Source: Bacilli bacterium
Lineage (GTDB): Bacteria; Bacillota_I; Bacilli_A; RFN20; CAG-288
NCBI GenBank assembly: GCA_022647725.1
Contig: JALCLG010000001.1
Coordinates: 66,931 to 130,930, forward strand
DNA: 64,000 nucleotides
Direction: 5' to 3'
The notes under the pieces are model-generated. The model saw only the letters and a list, made by a program, of their open reading frames with translations. It was not told where the DNA came from and searched no databases. Position numbers and translations under genes: made by a program. Below, in pieces: positions 53,901 to 62,033 of this stretch (positions are counted from its first letter, which is position 1; each line of letters starts with the position of its first letter).

Positions 53901-54490
53901 GTATCTTCGATGATCGGAATTAGTGCTTCCGGGGCAAAGACGTTGGGAAGAGCATATGGGCTGGCATTGTACTGGGTTCCCGGATCCTTGGCTAAGGTGA
54001 CCTTATTGGTCTTCAGGTCATATTCCCATAGAGTAAGATTGCCTTCCTGAACGGCATTTTCATAAAGCTGATTGGTCTGGAGGAGTTCCTGCCGCTCTTT
54101 GACCATGCTATCGATATCATCGAAGATGGCATAGAAGCGTTCGCTCTGATCCGGCAGGGTGACATGACTGGCCCGGGCCGAGACCCAAAGATAACCCATA
54201 TCCTTGGAAAGGACACGGATCCGTAAGAAGAAAGGGCGATTTTCCTTGATGCTGTCATAGCCTTCCTTCAGGAAAGGCTTGCGGTCATCCGGATGGAGCG
54301 CTTCTAATACGTGTTTTTCAAGATACCCGTGCTCGGAACGGAGCTCGTGGGCCATCTGGTAGTAGCCTTCGTTGAGATAACGGACGATGACTTGGCCGTT
54401 GACCAAATCAAAAACACCCATTCCGGTCGGAATGGCATCCGTCAGTTCTCGCTCAAAAGGATTGCTCCTACCGTCGTCAGACATCCTCAT
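50906..54490 (-). CDS. multi-PAS hybrid sensor histidine kinase/response regulator
   Basis: 1194 aa. Reiterated PAS-like segments, H-box SHDIRTP, N/G boxes (GTGLGLSIVKKL), C-terminal receiver ILLVEDNEIN...DIQMP. Confidence 0.9.
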   Translation of the reverse strand: MRMSDDGRSNPFERELTDAIPTGMGVFDLVNGQVIVRYLNEGYYQMAHELRSEHGYLEKHVLEALHPDDRKPFLKEGYDSIKENRPFFLRIRVLSKDMGYLWVSARASHVTLPDQSERFYAIFDDIDSMVKERQELLQTNQLYENAVQEGNLTLWEYDLKTNKVTLAKDPGTQYNASPYALPNVFAPEALIPIIEDTCVSDYLDLFKKVRQGEASASTEIWLKPTETLARRCDRISLVTAFNGDGDPIGAKGIGQNITEAVIKSTVVNRLTEKNYDYIGILHVSDGTLRLVASKTGPVDIMAKEQTLDQVRDLASAKLHSVQGVDDFLEETSVSKVVSQLKHSDHYDYVLHCVVDGNEKAKRMNYVWMDETHRSILVTQEDVTESYLQQRKELEKQAKVRQQKQQIAGLEKTINSLPAGIAVVKKAENSLKIVMVNRSLCQLLKAQEKTLLSMPFDQLVKVGIYPDDYDTVMTGLARLFSDANATSYVYRTKEEGQDRYHWIRAEGRAFIEMDGSKTGYVIFTDTSGEKQLEEEFARKIQGLSFNSANVLNIVHLNLTQNQCLEEQTLPQYASRVQGLTTADEYFAQCLRHLLGDEDRQRCQDILNRQSLLALFEAGKSEVSCDFRILDPQSHEARWVKAYLNTARNPMTGDTETSVSCVDSQDALLAEQIFGLITKAEFDYIAIVRLEGETMEMIYEKPTVGFPFTHQRVKYSQRADYVSKTFLDVEEQKYYSAMTNLQTVVGELYKKDSFTFSYRRTLADGSLSCIEAHYHWLNKEAGEILLLTTDVTATYLRQQKTVQQLQDALIEAEKASTAKSEFVSRISHDIRTPISIIKSMTDFATQDKNDPVKLSDDLKKIEVSNTFLLSLINDVLDVSKIDAGKIKLSPEPYSYQEFLSNVRNMLEPLCDQKHLKFTVKEDVNTKTILVDKTRLNQIVLNLLTNSVKYTPAGGSIFFASGTRPLNGRQVMGYLEIKDTGIGMSPDFQKVMFDPFTQEHDNPLRDRTTTGTGLGLSIVKKLVDLMGGTITVKSALGKGSDFVVSFPLDKVDQNLAVSHTTPLDQVLSAKPLKGNILLVEDNEINVEIAKRFLAVLGLSVVKAENGKAALTTFEESKPHTYQAILMDIQMPIMNGYEATQAIRQLKREDATTIPIIAMTADAFSTAIEHAKQVGMNDYITKPIDVAKLRETLAHYLP

Positions 54491-54587
54491 CCCCCCTTGC
54501 TACGACAGGAAAGCGTCTAATACATTAGCTTCAGTTATTATATCCTACTTTTCACTTTGCTTTTATAGTTTTTTGACGGAACCATCG

Positions 54588-55331
54588 CTAAAAAACAAAA
54601 TTGGCTTTTTCTTTCATTAGGTTAAGAAAACGTTCTTTGGTCTCGTTGGCCTTGCGGCGGCTCATCGGGATGGTCTTGCCGTTGGTCAGAAGAATGTCGT
54701 CATCGCGGATAACGCTGATGAAACGATAGTTGACCATCACGCCTTTGTAGCAGGTGATGAAGCCATAGTCATCCAGTTCCTCTTCCAGCTTATTCATCGT
54801 GGAGGCCATCACATAAGGTTCCGGCTGGTCTTTGACATAGACCAGCTGATTCTTGCGTGAGCCTTCGATCCGGATCACATTGTCTAACGGGATGGCAATC
54901 GACTGTCCCCGGGTTGTGATGATGATCTGCTTCGGGGCTTCCTTGGTCTGAAGATCAAGGAACTGCTGAATGACTTTTGTGATATCGGTCAGGAAATTGC
55001 TTTTACGGATAAAACCGAAAGGATGGCTATCCAAAGAGTCAAAGACTTTGTCTTCCCGGTTGGACACGAAGATAATCGGAATCGCATTTCCTTTGGCCCG
55101 GAGATTCTTGCTGAAGGTGATGCCATCCATCTGCGGCATATCGATATCCAAAAAGAGCAGATCGAAGATGCTCGTCTCCATGGATGTGGCTAAAACCCGC
55201 ACATCAGAGAAAGGAACCGTCTCCGTCAGGACGCCATGACTGCGGAAGATGGAGTTAATTGAACTGGCCAGAATGTCCAGGGTGGCGGTGTTGTCATCGC
55301 AGATAGCAATTCGCATTTTCAGGGTCGGCAT
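54588..55331 (-). CDS. LytTR-family response regulator
   Basis: 247 aa. Receiver domain (IAICDD...DIDMP) plus a LytTR DNA-binding C-domain. GGAGGA 6 nt upstream of ATG 55331. Confidence 0.9.
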   Translation of the reverse strand: MPTLKMRIAICDDNTATLDILASSINSIFRSHGVLTETVPFSDVRVLATSMETSIFDLLFLDIDMPQMDGITFSKNLRAKGNAIPIIFVSNREDKVFDSLDSHPFGFIRKSNFLTDITKVIQQFLDLQTKEAPKQIIITTRGQSIAIPLDNVIRIEGSRKNQLVYVKDQPEPYVMASTMNKLEEELDDYGFITCYKGVMVNYRFISVIRDDDILLTNGKTIPMSRRKANETKERFLNLMKEKANFVF

Positions 55332-56662
55332 ATCGATTCCTCCTTGGGCTGAAGACTGGCCTGTGGCAAGGCCAGCATCACTTTGGCAACAAAGCAGTCG
55401 TCAACGACATCGAACGTGGCCAGGCCTTGATACTTCTGACTGACCGCACGGATGATCTTGGTCCCATAGCCGTGGTTGAAGCGTTCCTTTTTCGTCGACT
55501 TCAGACGCAAGGCTTTCTCTTTGGTGTTGCCTTCGGCCAGCGGATTGCGGATGACGATGACCAGGTAGTTGCCCTGATAGGTGAACTCCCCTTGAACTGA
55601 CTTTTCTTTCTGCTGGCACTGGCTCGTCTCTTCAATGGCATTGTCCAGCAGATTGGCAACCAGCGAAACCAGGTCGCTTTCCTCGATGGCTAGCTTAGAG
55701 GGGACAACCGCTTTGACCGTCAGGCTGACTCCTTTGCTTTCGGCTTTGGACTTCTCCAGATTCAGGATGCGGTTCAGAGCCTCATTGCCGCAATCGAAGT
55801 AGTCGACGGCAAAGTGGACTTTTTCCGAGAGATCGGAAAGATAGGTTTCCAGTTTTCCGTATTCTTTTTCCTTGACCAACTGATTGAGATACTCGAACTG
55901 ATTCTTGATATCGTGACGGATACGGTGCATTTCCTCATATTTGGAGTTGGAGACTTCCAGCTGGTTCTTCTCACTCTCGGCCTTCAAGGCAACAGCCTGG
56001 GAATCAATCACCTGGTTGTAACTGGCGATGGTCAGGAAGAAGAGCACATAAGCCAAGGTATCCAGAATAAGAAGGAAGGTACTTAAAAGGCCTTGATAAA
56101 GCTGGGTTTCTTTGGGATCCAGAAGGATTTCGCTGACAATGGGGATGATGTAGGAGACCAAAAGGATGCCATTGAGAATCAATAAGGAGCTCTTCTTGAC
56201 ATACTTGTATTTCCGGACGGACAGGGTCTTGAGGAGCAGCATCACGCTGACCACGACTGCAATCAGCAAATAGCTGGTAAGGTCGTTATAGACACTGCCT
56301 AAGCTGGCCCCGCTGGCTACCAGAACCAGAAAACCGAAGCTTCCAGATAACAGCAAATCCATGATCAGGAAGATAGAAGTGAAGGAAGCAATTGTCAGAC
56401 GTAAGGAGAGCCGGGTAGGCTTCCGCGGATAGAGAACATGAAGGAAACAGACAATCAGCCAGAGATAATACTTGGAATAAGGAAGGACGGAATCTGCCAC
56501 TCCCACTGTATTGAAGAACCAAAAATTGAAATCGGCAATGAAGAGCTGTGCCAGGAAAACGCAGGCGGTATCAATAAAGATTCGCAGAACGAATTTCCAG
56601 CTCTTCTCGAAGTCATTGAACATCAAGGCAACGACCAAACTGAAAAGGACAGCCGTTACCAC
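55319..56662 (-). CDS. AgrC/ComD-like (HPK10) GHKL sensor histidine kinase
   Basis: 447 aa with about 6-7 N-terminal TM spans. H-box RHDIKNQ, N-box NLLDNAIEE, G-box GYGTKI. GTG start without an obvious SD, so the start is uncertain. Confidence 0.8.
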   Translation of the reverse strand: MVTAVLFSLVVALMFNDFEKSWKFVLRIFIDTACVFLAQLFIADFNFWFFNTVGVADSVLPYSKYYLWLIVCFLHVLYPRKPTRLSLRLTIASFTSIFLIMDLLLSGSFGFLVLVASGASLGSVYNDLTSYLLIAVVVSVMLLLKTLSVRKYKYVKKSSLLILNGILLVSYIIPIVSEILLDPKETQLYQGLLSTFLLILDTLAYVLFFLTIASYNQVIDSQAVALKAESEKNQLEVSNSKYEEMHRIRHDIKNQFEYLNQLVKEKEYGKLETYLSDLSEKVHFAVDYFDCGNEALNRILNLEKSKAESKGVSLTVKAVVPSKLAIEESDLVSLVANLLDNAIEETSQCQQKEKSVQGEFTYQGNYLVIVIRNPLAEGNTKEKALRLKSTKKERFNHGYGTKIIRAVSQKYQGLATFDVVDDCFVAKVMLALPQASLQPKEESICRP

Positions 56663-56843
56663 GAAGGTAGGACCGAAAGCGAGGTGAAGATAATAGTCAA
56701 TGAAATATTCAAAAAAATTTATATGTTTCCTTATATTTTACCACTGAAAGAAGCATTCCGTTGGTATTTTATCAAGGAAGCAAAGGTTTGCAGATAGAGT
56801 CCTGATCAAAGAATCCGTTTGGTGACTTTCGAAGGGCAGGAAA

Positions 56844-58469
56844 TCAGGCTTTGTGAGTCTTGAAATCTTTCTGCCCGTCATAGAAGCCCATATTTTCAGG
56901 TCGCGTCGGATAGAGAGTATTGTATGTGCCTCCCGAAGGGAAGCCGACCGTTCCTAAGACAGTGTTGCTGACATAGGTCCGCACTTTTGAGAAAAGATGA
57001 CGTTCATCCTGATAACTCAGGCTTGCCTTATCCAGGCTTATCGGACCCGGCTTTTCACAGAGATCGGCCATTTCATGAAGATAGACGGCACCCCGAGTCA
57101 ACGAGGTGGTGACCGTAAGGGATTTGCCGGTCTTCAGCTTTTCCTGAATCGCCAGCAAGGTTCCCAAAGCCAAAATGAAGCCCGGGAAATAATCCAGCGG
57201 CACGCCATTAAGATTCTTCGGTTCAGCCAAGGAACCGTTGCGGACACTGAGGCCGGTGATATCCTCCGCTAACGGCGCCCAGCCCGGGCGTTCCTTCCAG
57301 ACGGAATCCGAGAAGCAGTTGAGATTGGCATAGATCACATGCGGATTGAGCTTCCGGATGGCATCCGGAGACAGCCCGAATTTGTCAAAGCAGCCGTTCT
57401 GATAGGAATAGGTGATGACATCCGCTTCCTTGATCAGTTCCTTCATCCGGTCCAGCTGTTCCGGAATGTTCAGATCCAGCTGAATGGAGTTCTTGCCAGC
57501 CCAGCCATCCAATTCCAGCATAGCCTGTTCCTGGGACAGGAAATTGCCACGCCGGACCAAAAGAACATCAGCGCCATATTCGGCTAAGATCCGCGAGCAG
57601 GCCGGGCCGGCAATGATATGGGTGAGGTCCAATACCTTGATGCCGGAAAGCGGTCCTTGGGAAGTGGTTCTTCCCCAATTAGGTAAAAGCGTCTCTCCTT
57701 TGTCTTCAAAACGGACGAGCGGCATGGCCATCACGGCCTTGCCGACAGCGGTGGCTTCCCACTCCTCACGGCTGCGGATCAGACAGCCGCAGGCGCCGGA
57801 GCTGAAAGCCAGATCCTCGAGCTCCTGTCCGGAATAATTCCGGAAGAACTTATTAAGATAATGCCGATCAAAAGGCGTGGAAGTGAAGGTAAACTTCTCG
57901 GATGCCTTCTTAAGATGGAGGGCCTCCACCAGCTTTTTCTGCTGGGACTGGTAATAGACATGGAACGACACTTCCCGGCCGTCCTTGGTGGGGTATTTGT
58001 AGAAAGAGCCATTGAGAGCATTGTCGACACGGATGGCCGACGCCGACCGTGCCTTCTTGAAATCCTTGTCCTGATAGTCAGCCAAATAAAGACGGATGGC
58101 CTGAGCACCGCTATAGGCAACATCGGTGGTGATCATCGGAACCTCGTGACTCTGGTCCCGTAAGATGCCAATCGAGGTAGCGACACTGGAGCAGCAGGTC
58201 AGAACGGCAGCAATGGCCGCCGTCTGAGGAATGGTCTCCGGTTCGAAGAGACGGGTGATGGCTTTCTTCCGTAAGGAGGTCAGCACCAGCGACAGAATTC
58301 CCGGGAAGGGATTCTCTTTGCTGGCCGAGGCCATGAACTCTTCCTGACGTTTCGGGTCTACAAGGAAGGTTGTCGGATAGGTCTGCTGAATCTGAAAACG
58401 CTGCAGCAGATCCTCGTAAATACGGATGGCATCGTTGGCCTTTTTGACCATAATATCATTGGTTTCCAT
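56844..58469 (-). CDS. family III CoA-transferase (CaiB/BaiF-like) with a ~270-aa N-terminal extension
   Basis: 541 aa. GIKVLDLTHIIAGPACSRILAEYGADVLLV Rossmann-like signature begins only at about residue 285. Confidence 0.7.
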   Translation of the reverse strand: METNDIMVKKANDAIRIYEDLLQRFQIQQTYPTTFLVDPKRQEEFMASASKENPFPGILSLVLTSLRKKAITRLFEPETIPQTAAIAAVLTCCSSVATSIGILRDQSHEVPMITTDVAYSGAQAIRLYLADYQDKDFKKARSASAIRVDNALNGSFYKYPTKDGREVSFHVYYQSQQKKLVEALHLKKASEKFTFTSTPFDRHYLNKFFRNYSGQELEDLAFSSGACGCLIRSREEWEATAVGKAVMAMPLVRFEDKGETLLPNWGRTTSQGPLSGIKVLDLTHIIAGPACSRILAEYGADVLLVRRGNFLSQEQAMLELDGWAGKNSIQLDLNIPEQLDRMKELIKEADVITYSYQNGCFDKFGLSPDAIRKLNPHVIYANLNCFSDSVWKERPGWAPLAEDITGLSVRNGSLAEPKNLNGVPLDYFPGFILALGTLLAIQEKLKTGKSLTVTTSLTRGAVYLHEMADLCEKPGPISLDKASLSYQDERHLFSKVRTYVSNTVLGTVGFPSGGTYNTLYPTRPENMGFYDGQKDFKTHKA

Positions 58470-58694
58470 GGTTTGAAGCTCCTTTGGCTTAGCTTGCTTT
58501 GATTATAACCTATTTGACCTTGCTTTCAGCTAGGAAAACAGCGTTGAAGATAAGGAGACGTTGAAAGACGTCAAGGAAAAGAGAAGACTTTGTTTTTCCG
58601 GAAAAGCCTATGGTAGACTTGAAGCGCGAGGAAATTCTTTTGGGTCTGGAGATAATCTCTCCTCCTCAGTAAGAATCAAAGGGTTTTCAGGAAC

Positions 58695-60185
58695 ATGACT
58701 TTACAGGATTGTCTTATCGCCTACGATGAGAAAACACCCAGCCATGTTTTTTTACGCGATGAAAAGGAAAGCTACACGATTCATGAGACGAGACTCTTTG
58801 TGGAAAATTTCACCCGGAGTCTCTCTTCCTCTGGCATCCAAGCCCAGGATCTGGTGGCTTTGAAAGCCGACCGCACCAAAGAGACCTTCCTTCTTTTCTT
58901 AGCCTTGCAGGCCCTGGGTGCTATTTCCTTACTGACGGATGCCCATTTATCCATCCAAGACTATCTTGCCAAAGAGAAAATCCATTTAAAGCCGGCTTTC
59001 CAGATTGAAAAGGATAGCCAGGGTCAGCTGAGGCTTTCGGATACGAAAGGTCATCAGGTTCCTTTGATCTTCTCCCAGAAAACAAATCCAGATGCTAAAC
59101 CTTTCTCTGAAATCTGTTCCCAGGACGGCTCGGTCGGAACGATTCTGATTCATACCTCCGGATCGACCGGCAAAGCCAAAGGTGTCTTCCTGTCCCAGGA
59201 AGCCTTCATCCGCAATTCTCAGGACACCTTTGCCTTAGCCGATTACCGTCCGGATGATGTGGCCTTAGCCTTTTTGCCTTTTCATCATGTCTTCGGCCTG
59301 GCTTTAGGCATCACGGCCTTAGTCAACCAGCATTCTCTTTTCTTCCCCTCGGTCACGGACCCCTTAGCGTTAGTGAAAGCCATTCAGACCTATGGCGTCA
59401 CCCGGATGAACGGCGTCCCAACCCTGTATCTGGATATGGCCAAAGCCAAAACAGAGAATCATCTGCCGTTAACCTGTCTCCGGACTGGTCTGATCGGCGG
59501 CGGTCCCTGGACCGAAAGCCAGTTCGGCTGGATCGAAAAGACCTTAGGCATCCATCTGATTCCGGTCTATGGCATGAGCGAATGCATCGCCATCAGCTGC
59601 GGACGGAGCCAGGATCCCTTGACGTACCGTCAAGGCTCCGTGGGTCCGTTCTATCCCCAGAACGAAGGCCTTTTCCTCGGGCCGGACGGAAGCCGTCTTC
59701 CCTTAGGTCAGACCGGCGAGATTGCCGTTAAGAGTCCGTTCATGATGACGGACTATTATCAGGATCCGGAAGAGACGAAAGCCTGTTTCACCAAGGATGG
59801 GTATCTGCTGACCGGTGATCTCGGTTATCTGGATAAGCTTGGCTTCCTGCATCTCTGTGGCCGGCGCAAGGACCTGATCATCCGGGCCGGAGAGAACATT
59901 GCTCCGTTAGCGGTTGAAAACGCCCTCTTATCCTTAGACGGCATTGAGCAGGCCTGTGTCTTCGCTGTCCCTTCTTTCCGGCTAGGAGAGAAGGTCAGCT
60001 GTGCCGTGGTTCTGAAGAAAGGCTCTTCGTTGACGGTCCGTCAGATTCAGGAGGCCTTAAAGCCGTTACTCACCAAGAATGAGATTCCGGAAACCATCCA
60101 TCTGCTTGGTAAGCTTCCTCTGCTGGCTAGCGGCAAAGTCGATAAGCAGTCCCTCAAAGAGACCTACGCGGCCGATGGAAAATAG
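58695..60185 (+). CDS. AMP-dependent acyl-CoA synthetase/ligase
   Basis: 496 aa. AMP-binding motif IHTSGSTGKAKGV, GDLG...D core and a C-terminal GK(V)D. Confidence 0.9.
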   Translation: MTLQDCLIAYDEKTPSHVFLRDEKESYTIHETRLFVENFTRSLSSSGIQAQDLVALKADRTKETFLLFLALQALGAISLLTDAHLSIQDYLAKEKIHLKPAFQIEKDSQGQLRLSDTKGHQVPLIFSQKTNPDAKPFSEICSQDGSVGTILIHTSGSTGKAKGVFLSQEAFIRNSQDTFALADYRPDDVALAFLPFHHVFGLALGITALVNQHSLFFPSVTDPLALVKAIQTYGVTRMNGVPTLYLDMAKAKTENHLPLTCLRTGLIGGGPWTESQFGWIEKTLGIHLIPVYGMSECIAISCGRSQDPLTYRQGSVGPFYPQNEGLFLGPDGSRLPLGQTGEIAVKSPFMMTDYYQDPEETKACFTKDGYLLTGDLGYLDKLGFLHLCGRRKDLIIRAGENIAPLAVENALLSLDGIEQACVFAVPSFRLGEKVSCAVVLKKGSSLTVRQIQEALKPLLTKNEIPETIHLLGKLPLLASGKVDKQSLKETYAADGK

Positions 60186-60590
60186 GACGTTTTGCTGAAA
60201 ATAGTTGATTTGCCAATTGAATAACGCCTGGCTAAATGATATATTTTTAGTTGCCTTTGCCTCTGTGTTGAAATTGGTATACAAGGCGGATTCAAAAGAA
60301 ACTCAAAAGAGTCTCGGGTCGCCAAAAACGCAATTTCAAAAAAGCCCGATATCATCGAACTTATTGAGATTACGCCAAACGAGGGCTGAGTGGAAAAAGC
60401 CACTAAAATGGCAAAATTACCCCTAAATTTCCACTCAAATGACTAAAAGCAGGGTCGAATTTACCTGAAATCAGTCAAAAAATAGGGGTGTTCAGAAAAA
60501 TTCGGATGTGACTGATTCGGTTCGTGTTGGTTCGTTAACACTTAAAAGAGTTTCGCTCCAAAAAAATGGTAGTGGAGCGCTGTATAAGTG

Positions 60591-60599
60591 TGATAGAAT
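60591..60599 (+). promoter_or_regulatory. extended -10 element upstream of tRNA-Leu
   Basis: TGaTAGAAT, 9 nt before the mature tRNA 5' end. No good -35. Confidence 0.4.
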
Positions 60600-60608
60600 C
60601 TCACTTAT

Positions 60609-60694
60609 GCAGGTGTGGCGTAATGGCAGCCGCGACAGACTCAAAATCTGTTGAACGTGAGTTCGTGAGGGTTCAACTCCCTCCACCTGCACCA
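60609..60694 (+). tRNA. tRNA-Leu (anticodon CAA)
   Basis: 86 nt. Acceptor GCAGGUG/CACCUGC, anticodon loop CUCAAAA, long variable arm, T-loop UUCAACU, CCA. Confidence 0.9.
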
Positions 60695-60707
60695 GATTTA
60701 AAGACCT

Positions 60708-60744
60708 AACCTCTTAGCTTAAACAACTAGGAGGTTTTTGTTTT
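60708..60744 (+). terminator. hairpin plus T-run after tRNA-Leu, overlapping the SD of the next gene
   Basis: AACCTC-n17-GAGGTT followed by TTTTGTTTT. The 3' arm is part of the AGGAGG SD of the AP2 gene. Confidence 0.45.
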
Positions 60745-61560
60745 ATGGATAAAGAAAAAGATTATGAGCATCGTCATTTGGGTTATGACCGTTATAAAGG
60801 AACAAGAATCAGCCAGATTGACCCTAACAGGCAATTATCAAGGCTTAATAAGTCTGGATGCTCTGGAGTCAGTTGGGACTCTAAATTCAATATGTGGAAG
60901 GCTCACTTCCGTTTTCAAGGAGTTCATTACTGGGTTGGAAGATTCGCGGAACTTGATGATGCTATAAAAGCCACAAAAGAAAAGAAGGAGGCATTGTACT
61001 CATTAGTTCTTTCTGAGCATCCAGTAAAAACAAAGGCAAGTATAAAGCATCTTCCTGGAACTACTATTGTTGACCTTACGGGTGTGAAGAAACCTCATTA
61101 TGAAGTCATCAAGTTTGCCGGAAGAGACAGAACCACATGTAGATGGGTTTGCAGATGTGAGTGTGGAAATACCTTTATAGCTACTTCCTCAGAGATTAAA
61201 AATGACAAAATAATATCTTGTGGGTGTGTGAGTGAAGAACGAAAGACTTATTCGTATCATCTATTCAGCAATTACAAAGATATCTTTGTCGATGGCACTA
61301 ACCTTTATAGCATGAATAAGAATGTCCCTTATTTAAGCAATGAGACATCTAAAGTCAGAGGCGTATATAAGCCAAGAAGAGGATCATGGTACGCAAAACT
61401 AACTTTTCAAGGTGTAGACCATCGCATTAAATGTGCTACAAAAGAAGAAGCTATAAAAGCCAGGGCAAGATTAGAGCAAGAGTATTACCTTCCTTTTATG
61501 AAGAAACATAGAAAAATCATGACTAAAGTAAAAAGAGCAGAAAGAAGTATGGTAAGATAA
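60745..61560 (+). CDS. double AP2-domain protein with a central CxCxCG...SCGC zinc ribbon
   Basis: 271 aa. AP2-like blocks SGVSWDSKFNMWKAHFRFQGVHYWVGRFAELDDAIKA and VRGVYKPRRGSWYAKLTFQGVDHRIKCATKEEAIKA. Cys cluster CRWVCRCECGN...SCGC. Confidence 0.75.
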   Translation: MDKEKDYEHRHLGYDRYKGTRISQIDPNRQLSRLNKSGCSGVSWDSKFNMWKAHFRFQGVHYWVGRFAELDDAIKATKEKKEALYSLVLSEHPVKTKASIKHLPGTTIVDLTGVKKPHYEVIKFAGRDRTTCRWVCRCECGNTFIATSSEIKNDKIISCGCVSEERKTYSYHLFSNYKDIFVDGTNLYSMNKNVPYLSNETSKVRGVYKPRRGSWYAKLTFQGVDHRIKCATKEEAIKARARLEQEYYLPFMKKHRKIMTKVKRAERSMVR

Positions 61561-61687
61561 ATATGCGTCATCTAGAGGGCGTATGACCTTTGGCCATTTG
61601 GTGTTAGCAATAACAATCACGTGTTTCATGCAGGATCCTAAGGCACGTTAAATGTTAGTGTCCTGGTGTGCATCACCTTAAAGGCAG

Positions 61688-61728
61688 AAGCCTTGTTGAG
61701 CTTATGTTTGATAAGGCTTTTATTTTTT
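61688..61728 (+). terminator. candidate terminator after the AP2 gene
   Basis: AAGCCTT-n18-AAGGCTT followed by TTATTTTTT. Confidence 0.45.
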
Positions 61729-61768
61729 AAAAAAATAGTAAAAAAACTATGTATTCCAACGATAAAAG

Positions 61769-61777
61769 TGCTATAAT
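61769..61777 (+). promoter_or_regulatory. perfect extended -10 promoter for the XRE/helicase pair
   Basis: TGcTATAAT, 28 nt upstream of ATG 61806. Confidence 0.6.
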
Positions 61778-61805
61778 CATGCTATAAGTCAATTAGAGGT
61801 TAAAT

Positions 61806-62024
61806 ATGAACTGGGCAAAACTCTTAAAAGATGTACGAACAATACTTGTTTTAACCCAAACAGAGATGGCAAATTATCTCGGTGTATCTTTTGCTTCGGT
61901 AAATAGATGGGAAAATGGGCATTGCGAACCAACTATGAAGGTAAAACGCAAACTTAAACAAGTTTGTAAAGATAATAATTTAAGCTTTGAATCTTATTTT
62001 TTGATTCAACCGGAAAGAAAATAG
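61806..62024 (+). CDS. XRE-family helix-turn-helix regulator
   Basis: 72 aa. LTQTEMANYLGVSFASVNRWENG HTH. AGAGGT SD upstream. Confidence 0.8.
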   Translation: MNWAKLLKDVRTILVLTQTEMANYLGVSFASVNRWENGHCEPTMKVKRKLKQVCKDNNLSFESYFLIQPERK

Positions 62025-62033
62025 GGTGGAACA

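Noticed and set aside
56663-56843. Search for agrD/comC-like peptide genes or LytTR direct repeats upstream of the HPK10 kinase.
   Set aside because: No ATG-initiated small ORF with an SD and no convincing 9-bp direct repeats with 12-13-nt spacing. Only a TGgTAAAAT-like -10 is seen.
60205-60426. 73-aa plus-strand ORF and the overlapping minus-strand ORFs in the pre-tRNA-Leu spacer.
   Set aside because: No SD and low-complexity, non-protein-like sequence. The region was kept as a non-coding curiosity instead.
61571-61638. TCTAGA and GGATCC sites close together, reminiscent of a cloning polylinker.
   Set aside because: Only two hexamers match, about 60 nt apart. The intervening sequence does not match pUC-type polylinkers as I remember them, so this is most likely chance in AT-rich DNA.
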